Shown here: positions 57,949-64,000 of the stretch, piece after piece
Numbering within the stretch: position 1 is the stretch's first letter
How the letters are laid out: every line of letters begins with the position of its first letter
From: a virus
Direction: 5' to 3' (one strand)
IMG/VR virus record: IMGVR_UViG_3300029787_000002
Span: 1 to 64,000 of that record
Length of the DNA stretch: 64,000 nucleotides
Notes under the pieces: generated by a model
Seen by the model: only the letters and a program-made list of their open reading frames with translations
Told to the model about the DNA's origin: nothing
The model's database searches: none
Made by a program: the position numbers and the translations under genes

Positions 57949-58950
57949 ATGAAACGTTCACTCGCTTTAATCGCAGCAGGTTTGACTGCTGCTCTCGCTA
58001 TTCCTACAGGAGCAAACGCTTTCTGGTGGGGTGGAGAAGAAAAGAAAGAAGAATTTAGAATCAATGGTGCAGGTGCATCATTCCCTGCCATGTTGTATGC
58101 CAACTGGTTTAATTCATTCTCAAAAGAAACTGGTAACAAAGTCAACTACCAAGCAGTTGGTAGTGGTGCAGGTGTTCGTCAGTTTATTGCTAAGACAGTG
58201 GACTTCGGTGCCTCTGATGGTGCTGTAAAGGACAGTAAGCAACCTGCTGAAGGTATGGTTCACATTCCTATGACTGGTGGTGCTATTGTTCCTGCTTATA
58301 ATAATCCTGGTTGTGATCTGAAGATGACACAACTGGAACTTGCTGATGTCTTCCTTGGTAAGATTGCTGATTGGTCTTACTTCGGTTGTGAGGGTGGTGT
58401 TATTAAAACTGTTCATCGTTCTGATGGATCTGGTACTACTAAGGGTTTCACTAACTCTTTGTCAGCATTCTCTCCTGAGTGGAAGAAGACTGTAGGCACA
58501 GGTAAGTCAGTAAAATGGCCAGTTGGTATTGGTGGTAAAGGTAACAGTGGTGTTGCTGCTTCTATCAAACTTACACCTGGTGCTATTGGTTATGTTAACT
58601 ATGGTTATGTGCAAAATGAGGAAGCACTTGAGCAACCTGCACTTCAAAACAAGGCAGGTAACTTTGTGAAGGCATCTGCTGAGACTGCTTCTGCAGGTCT
58701 TGGTAAGATTATTCTTGATGATCAACTTCGTGGTGCTGATGCTAACCCTGCAGGTGATAACTCATACCCAATCGTTTCTTTGACTTGGATTCTTGCATAC
58801 CCTGAGTATGATAAGAATGAAGCAGTGAAGGAAACTCTTCGTTATGCACTGACTCCTACTCAACAGCAGAAGGCAGACAGTCTTGGTTATGTTCCTCTTC
58901 CTGAGGAGTTGAGATTGAAGGCACTTGAGGCAGTAGAAAGTCTCAAATAA
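57949..58950 (+). CDS. pstS: phosphate ABC transporter substrate-binding protein
   Basis: GAGASFP, NYQAVGSGAG, DFGASD, HRSDGSGTT, GNSGV, YPI. Confidence 0.96.
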   Translation: MKRSLALIAAGLTAALAIPTGANAFWWGGEEKKEEFRINGAGASFPAMLYANWFNSFSKETGNKVNYQAVGSGAGVRQFIAKTVDFGASDGAVKDSKQPAEGMVHIPMTGGAIVPAYNNPGCDLKMTQLELADVFLGKIADWSYFGCEGGVIKTVHRSDGSGTTKGFTNSLSAFSPEWKKTVGTGKSVKWPVGIGGKGNSGVAASIKLTPGAIGYVNYGYVQNEEALEQPALQNKAGNFVKASAETASAGLGKIILDDQLRGADANPAGDNSYPIVSLTWILAYPEYDKNEAVKETLRYALTPTQQQKADSLGYVPLPEELRLKALEAVESLK

Positions 58951-58978
58951 TCTGCATACATAATAATGAAACTAAACG

Positions 58979-59004
58979 GAGACCTTTCGCAGGTCTCTTT
59001 TTTT
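58979..59004 (+). terminator. rho-independent terminator
   Basis: GAGACCT-TTCGC-AGGTCTC plus T7. Confidence 0.85.
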
Positions 59005-59005
59005 A

Positions 59006-59236
59006 ATGAATATCTATTTGAATTTAAAACCAAATAATTACGATGGAGAATCGGATCTCCTAACATTAGACTTGCCAAAGGATCATTTAGATGATATAAT
59101 GCGTTATGTGAGACCAATTGCTGATAACACTAAGCAAGCAGATCACCAGGTCCTAAAGGATCTGATCAAAGAGTGTATGTTAACTATTTCACAAAGGAAC
59201 TATGAGCGTAAGAATCGTAAGAACAAAAAGCGGTGA
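59006..59236 (+). CDS. hypothetical protein
   Basis: 76-aa ORF. Confidence 0.6.
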   Translation: MNIYLNLKPNNYDGESDLLTLDLPKDHLDDIMRYVRPIADNTKQADHQVLKDLIKECMLTISQRNYERKNRKNKKR

Positions 59237-59618
59237 AGATGTCATCTCTGACCTGTTCGAGGTAACTACTAAAGAGGACCCTGAGAAAGCAGTAGCATTT
59301 CAACTACGTTATCCTTATAATGTTTGGTTGGAGAATCGTGAGGAACCTGAGTTGCTTACGGAAGTTGAGGGTGAAGAACGTCTCAACAAAAACTCAAATC
59401 CCAATATTCGCTTTGAACCTTGGGCACCTTTATCAAAGGATAGAAGTATTATGTTGAAACTTGATGAAGTTGTCAGCGCATACGAAACCTATCCTGAGGT
59501 AGAGGAAAAATACAACAAAATCGTGGAGGCAGAAAGTGGAAGAGGAAATGCTGCAACAGGAGTTACGTTTGATCCTCCTGAAGGATCGTCCCCAGTATCT
59601 CTTGGGCAAAATAACTGA
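59202..59618 (+). CDS. hypothetical protein (Sm-like pattern)
   Basis: AAGGA SD; KSGEDVIS...PY...PWAPLS. Confidence 0.7.
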   Translation: MSVRIVRTKSGEDVISDLFEVTTKEDPEKAVAFQLRYPYNVWLENREEPELLTEVEGEERLNKNSNPNIRFEPWAPLSKDRSIMLKLDEVVSAYETYPEVEEKYNKIVEAESGRGNAATGVTFDPPEGSSPVSLGQNN

Positions 59619-59793
59619 ACTAGATGAAGAACCTAGCATCTTAATTGAAAAATGCTTTGAGGTCGTTGGTGATGAGGAAATCATACCCTTCCCCAAGTAC
59701 ACAGATCAACGAGATTTGTTCTTGACATCTGAGCAAATCTTTACTATACTGGAACCGAGTTCCAAACTTGTAGAGATCTACAACAATACATGA
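59548..59793 (+). CDS. hypothetical protein
   Basis: GAGG SD; ATGA coupling to gp43. Confidence 0.65.
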   Translation: MLQQELRLILLKDRPQYLLGKITELDEEPSILIEKCFEVVGDEEIIPFPKYTDQRDLFLTSEQIFTILEPSSKLVEIYNNT

Positions 59794-62294
59794 GTTCATT
59801 CTATACAAACATTCAACTCGCAGGAGACACGATCCTTTATCGGGGATATGAGAACGGAGAACCCGTTCAATTTCGTACACAGTTTTCTCCTACATTGTAT
59901 GTTCTATCTAAGAATGCAACCGAAGAATACAAGACCCTTGATGGTCGCCCTGTAGCACCTATGCAGTTTCAGACTGCAAGGGAAGCAAGGGAATTTATCA
60001 AGACCTATGATGGGGTCGAAAGTTTTGAGGTGCATGGTTATGAAAGATTCGTATATCAGTATATCCGTCGTGAGTTTCCTGACGGTGTAGACTATGATAT
60101 CAAAAAAATCAAAATGTTTGCATTGGACATTGAGGTTCAATGTGACAATGGTTTCCCCTCAGTAGAGGAAGCAGCAGAAGAAATGCTATCAATCACCATC
60201 AAAGACATGGTGACAAAACAGTATTACACTTGGGCGATGCGTGAGTTTGATCCCCCTGAAGGAGTCAAGGCAAAGTTTTTCTGGACAGAAAATGAAATGC
60301 TTACTGACTTTATTACTTGGTGGGCACAGAACACTCCTGACATCTTGACAGGATGGAACGTCAATCTTTATGACGTCCCATACATTGCTCGTCGTGTAAA
60401 TAGAGTATTAGGTTCAAAGTGGACAAAATCATTGTCACCTTGGAATCGTGCAAACGAAAGGGAAGTTTATGTCCAAGGACGGAAGAACTATGCTTATGAC
60501 CTTAGTGGGATCAATATTCTTGACTATCTTGATCTTTATCGTAAGTTTACTTATAGTAACCAAGAGTCCTATCGACTCGACCATATCGCTTTCGTTGAGT
60601 TAGGACAACGTAAGGTTGACCATAGTGAGTATGAAAACTTCAAAGACTTCTATACAAAAGATTGGCAGAAGTTTATGGAGTACAACATCCAAGACGTTGA
60701 GTTGATCGACAGACTGGAAGACAAGATGAAGTTGCTTGAACTAGCAATCACTATGTCATATGATGCCAAGGCAAACTTTGAGGATGTATATTCTCAGGTT
60801 CGCATGTGGGATACTATCATCTATAACTATCTTACAGATCGAAAGGTCGTGGTGCCACCTCGAAAAGGTGCAGCAAGGAAGAACGAAAAGTATGCAGGTG
60901 CTTATGTTAAAGAACCGAAGACTGGATGCTATGATTGGGTGGTCAGTTTTGACCTTAATAGTCTGTATCCTCACCTTATTATGCAGTACAATATTTCCCC
61001 AGAGACCCTCGTCGAACAACGTCATCCAAAGGTTACAGTTGATCGAATCCTTAAAGAGGAACTAACTTTCGAGAAAGACTATTGTGTCTGTGCCAACGGT
61101 GCTCAATACCGTAAAGACGTCCATGGGTTCTTACCCGAAATCATGCAGAAGATCTATGATGAACGTACCATTTACAAGAAAAGGATGCTACAAGCAAAGC
61201 AGCATCTTGAACATGCCAAGACACCTGCAGAGACCTTGGCACTACAAAAAGATATATCAAAGTTCAACAACATCCAAATGGCAAGAAAGATCCAACTCAA
61301 CTCTGCCTATGGTGCCATTGGAAACCAATACTTCAGATACTACAATCTGGCAAATGCTGAGGCGATTACTCTCTCTGGGCAAGTAAGTATTCGATGGATT
61401 GAAAACAAAATGAACGAGTACCTCAACAAGGTACTCAAAACTGATGGAGATGATTATGTTATTGCTTCTGATACTGATTCTATCTACCTTAATCTTGGTC
61501 CTCTGGTCCAAGGTGTATTCAAGGGCGGAGAAACGGATGTTAAGAGGGTCGTTACTTTCCTTAACAAGGTGTGTGAGGTGGAATTTGAAAAATATATTTC
61601 GGATTCTTACCAAACGCTCGCCACATATGTCAACGCTTACGAGCAGAAAATGATTATGAAGCGTGAGAACATTGCTGAAAAGGGTCTATGGACTGCTAAG
61701 AAGCGATACATTCTCAACGTATGGGACAGTGAGGGTGTTCGTTATGAAACACCTAAACTTAAGATCATGGGTCTGGAGGCAGTTAAGTCTTCTACTCCTA
61801 TGGCATGTCGTGAGGCGATTCGTAAATGCTTTACCATTATCATGAATGAAGGTGAAGCAGAAGCACAGAAGTTTATCAAAGACTTCAAGACTGAGTTCTG
61901 TTCATTGCCAGTTGAAGACATCTCATTCCCAAGGGGATGCAACGGAATAAATAAGTGGGCGAACCCGACCACTATCTACAGCAAAGGCACACCCATTCAT
62001 GTTCGTGGTGCTTTGTTGTACAACTTTTACAACAAGAAAAACAAATTGACTCACAAGTATCCTCTGATACAAGATGGTGAAAAGGTCAAGTTTGTGTACA
62101 TGAAGACTCCAAACAAGATCAATGAAAACGTGATCAGTTACCTAAACACTTTCCCCAAAGAGTTTGGTCTTAACAATCATGTGGACTATGATCTACAGTT
62201 CTCTAAGTCTTTCCTTGAACCTGTAAAGGTTATCTTGGACACTATCGGGTGGAAACATGAAAAAGTAGCATCATTGGAGTTTTTATTTGCATGA
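59790..62294 (+). CDS. gp43: family B DNA polymerase gp43
   Basis: DIEV, GWN, YNIQD exonuclease motifs; SFDLNSLYP, KIQLNSAYG, SDTDS, KKRY. Confidence 0.97.
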   Translation: MSSFYTNIQLAGDTILYRGYENGEPVQFRTQFSPTLYVLSKNATEEYKTLDGRPVAPMQFQTAREAREFIKTYDGVESFEVHGYERFVYQYIRREFPDGVDYDIKKIKMFALDIEVQCDNGFPSVEEAAEEMLSITIKDMVTKQYYTWAMREFDPPEGVKAKFFWTENEMLTDFITWWAQNTPDILTGWNVNLYDVPYIARRVNRVLGSKWTKSLSPWNRANEREVYVQGRKNYAYDLSGINILDYLDLYRKFTYSNQESYRLDHIAFVELGQRKVDHSEYENFKDFYTKDWQKFMEYNIQDVELIDRLEDKMKLLELAITMSYDAKANFEDVYSQVRMWDTIIYNYLTDRKVVVPPRKGAARKNEKYAGAYVKEPKTGCYDWVVSFDLNSLYPHLIMQYNISPETLVEQRHPKVTVDRILKEELTFEKDYCVCANGAQYRKDVHGFLPEIMQKIYDERTIYKKRMLQAKQHLEHAKTPAETLALQKDISKFNNIQMARKIQLNSAYGAIGNQYFRYYNLANAEAITLSGQVSIRWIENKMNEYLNKVLKTDGDDYVIASDTDSIYLNLGPLVQGVFKGGETDVKRVVTFLNKVCEVEFEKYISDSYQTLATYVNAYEQKMIMKRENIAEKGLWTAKKRYILNVWDSEGVRYETPKLKIMGLEAVKSSTPMACREAIRKCFTIIMNEGEAEAQKFIKDFKTEFCSLPVEDISFPRGCNGINKWANPTTIYSKGTPIHVRGALLYNFYNKKNKLTHKYPLIQDGEKVKFVYMKTPNKINENVISYLNTFPKEFGLNNHVDYDLQFSKSFLEPVKVILDTIGWKHEKVASLEFLFA

Positions 62295-62443
62295 CAACTA
62301 AATATGTGGTATCATATCAAAAAGCATTTGGTATCCCAGATAAGAGAGAGCAATCTTTCGAGGAAGAATCAGAAGCAAAATGGTTTGAGCGTGCCATGAA
62401 ACGTTCTAATTTTATTACAACTATGACGGAGGTCAAAGAGTGA
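62291..62443 (+). CDS. 50-aa hypothetical protein (not in ORF track)
   Basis: ATGA and GTGA couplings; [14 protein letters not shown]...TEVKE. Confidence 0.7.
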   Translation: MTTKYVVSYQKAFGIPDKREQSFEEESEAKWFERAMKRSNFITTMTEVKE

Positions 62444-63447
62444 ACTCATTTCTAAAGGATGTATCAAGTGAAATTGATAATGATTATGCCAGTCTTGTCT
62501 CCGATGGAGTTTCAGCAGGAGATACTAGCAATTTCATTGACACTGGTAGTTATATCTTTAATGCTCTCGTTAGCGGAAGCATCTATGGGGGTGTACCAGG
62601 GAATAAGATCACTGCTATTGCGGGTGAGTCTTCCACTGGCAAAACTTTCTTTTGCCTTGGCATTGTTCAACATTTTCTTGAGTCTAACCCAGATGCAGGA
62701 GTGATCTACTTTGAGTCTGAGTCTGCTATTTCTAAGCAGATGATTGAAGATAGGGGTATTGATTCTACTCGTATGATGATTGTACCTGTAACTACAGTAC
62801 AAGAGTTTCGACATCAATCAATCAAGATCATTGACAAGTATATGGGACTTGATGATAAGAAACCTATGATGTTTGTTCTTGATTCTCTTGGTATGTTATC
62901 TACTTCTAAAGAAGTAACTGACAGTGAGGAAGGTAAAGAAACTCGTGACATGACAAGAGCACAAGTTGTTAAGTCTATCTTCCGAGTTTTGACTCTTAAG
63001 TTGGGTAAAGCAAATGTTCCTATGTTAGTTACTAACCATACCTATGATGTTGTAGGTGCCTACATTCCTACTAAAGAAATGGGTGGTGGAAGTGGACTTA
63101 AGTATGCATCTTCAAGTATCATCTTTCTCTCTAAGAAAAAAGAAAAGGATGGTAAAGAAGTAGTTGGTAATATTATCAAATGTAAGAATGCTAAATCACG
63201 TTTAACCAAGGAGAACTCGCAAGTTGAAACACGTCTTTATTACGACCGTGGACTGGACAGGTATTACGGACTACTGGAGTTGGGTGAGAAGTATGGAGTC
63301 TTCCAACGGAAGGGGAATCGCGTTGTTGTTGGGGAATCTTCCGTTTATCCTTCTGCTATTCTTGCCAATCCTGAGAAATATTTCACCGAAGAAATAATGA
63401 ACAAACTAGATGAAGCAGCAGCAAAAGAGTTTAGGTATGGCAACTAA
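62440..63447 (+). CDS. uvsX: RecA-like recombinase UvsX
   Basis: [28 protein letters not shown]. Confidence 0.95.
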   Translation: MNSFLKDVSSEIDNDYASLVSDGVSAGDTSNFIDTGSYIFNALVSGSIYGGVPGNKITAIAGESSTGKTFFCLGIVQHFLESNPDAGVIYFESESAISKQMIEDRGIDSTRMMIVPVTTVQEFRHQSIKIIDKYMGLDDKKPMMFVLDSLGMLSTSKEVTDSEEGKETRDMTRAQVVKSIFRVLTLKLGKANVPMLVTNHTYDVVGAYIPTKEMGGGSGLKYASSSIIFLSKKKEKDGKEVVGNIIKCKNAKSRLTKENSQVETRLYYDRGLDRYYGLLELGEKYGVFQRKGNRVVVGESSVYPSAILANPEKYFTEEIMNKLDEAAAKEFRYGN

Positions 63448-64000
63448 TTTAAAAGACTATGTTAGAACGTATGATCAATTGGTTGACGCTGATCTTTGTC
63501 AGAGGATACTTGAAGCGTTTGGAAAATCCAACGGTGAGTATATTGATCGAGAGCAGCGACCTTCCTTCACGGAACTGAATCTAACAAATAGACTCAGAGC
63601 AAAAGATCCTTTATGGTCTGATATTCATGTCAAACTAGAGGATGCTTTTATTGATGCTACACAAATGTATATGGAAGAACTGGATTTAGGTCCAGACTTT
63701 CCATCAAAGTATTGCTTTGAAGAATTACGATTAAAATATTATCAAAACAATGGGCATGACCAGTTCAAGAACCATGTCGATGTACAAGACTACAACAGCG
63801 CACGTCGTTTCCTTGTTTGTTTCTTGTACCTAAACAGTGTCGGGATGGGAGGTCAAACACATTTTCCAAAGTTGGACTGTACAATTGAACCGAAGTGTGG
63901 TAGGATACTATTGTTCCCATCTACTTGGCAGTACAGACATGCGGGTCTACCCCCTGAGTCCAACAACAAGTACATCGTTGGCACCTATTTGCACTATCTC
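63437..64000 (+). CDS. 2OG-Fe(II) oxygenase, runs to window end
   Basis: MATNLKDY...HVD...RRFL..FLYLN..GGQT.F...LFP..W.Y.H.G.PP...[10 protein letters not shown]. Confidence 0.85.
   Translation, partial: MATNLKDYVRTYDQLVDADLCQRILEAFGKSNGEYIDREQRPSFTELNLTNRLRAKDPLWSDIHVKLEDAFIDATQMYMEELDLGPDFPSKYCFEELRLKYYQNNGHDQFKNHVDVQDYNSARRFLVCFLYLNSVGMGGQTHFPKLDCTIEPKCGRILLFPSTWQYRHAGLPPESNNKYIVGTYLHYL

Noticed and set aside
59790-62294. Inactive or intein-containing polymerase (ASDTDS rather than YGDTDS)
   Set aside because: Catalytic Asp residues are intact, the variant is usual in cyanophage gp43 as far as I recall, and the length leaves no room for an intein
795-63447. Many antisense and alternate-frame ORFs in the track (e.g. 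12650..13186, 28797..29306, 33360..33938, 47098..47619)
   Set aside because: Shadows of codon bias in well-identified genes; no SD, promoter or motif support
1-64000. Alternative genetic code or stop-codon readthrough
   Set aside because: All core genes are full length in the standard code and TAA, TGA and TAG all occur as stops

Overview
This is a 64-kb segment of a T4-like marine cyanophage (myovirus; likely Prochlorococcus/Synechococcus host), almost entirely + strand. In order it contains: the baseplate/tail block (partial gp7-like gene, gp8, a 2409-aa structural protein, a 2103-aa fibre), gp13-gp16, an accessory island between gp16 and gp17 (basic modular proteins, small ORFs, thermonuclease, pcyA), gp17-gp23, a manA-type ncRNA, a direct-repeat-flanked inverted cassette, gp3/uvsY/uvsW/gp55/gp47/gp46, a vWA-peptidase plus CobS-like AAA+ pair, gp45/gp44, a psbN-like gene, Dam plus a PD-(D/E)XK nuclease, gp62/regA, a 7-gene membrane/exported-protein cluster, hsp20, a Pho-box/porin-like/pstS unit, gp43, uvsX and three 2OG-Fe(II) oxygenases. 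The best candidates for undescribed biology are (1) the convergent 7-gene envelope cluster at 53.2-56.9 kb, (2) a 419-aa apparent polyprotein of basic Cys-containing micro-modules separated by prohead-protease-type Glu sites, with an internal capsid-targeting-like sequence, (3) an inverted single-gene cassette bounded by 44-bp direct repeats with a terminator/promoter hybrid, (4) a palindromic bidirectional sigma70 promoter firing gp55 and an antisense RNA, and (5) a ROSE-like thermometer on hsp20. All homology calls come from motif recognition and gene order; no searches were run.
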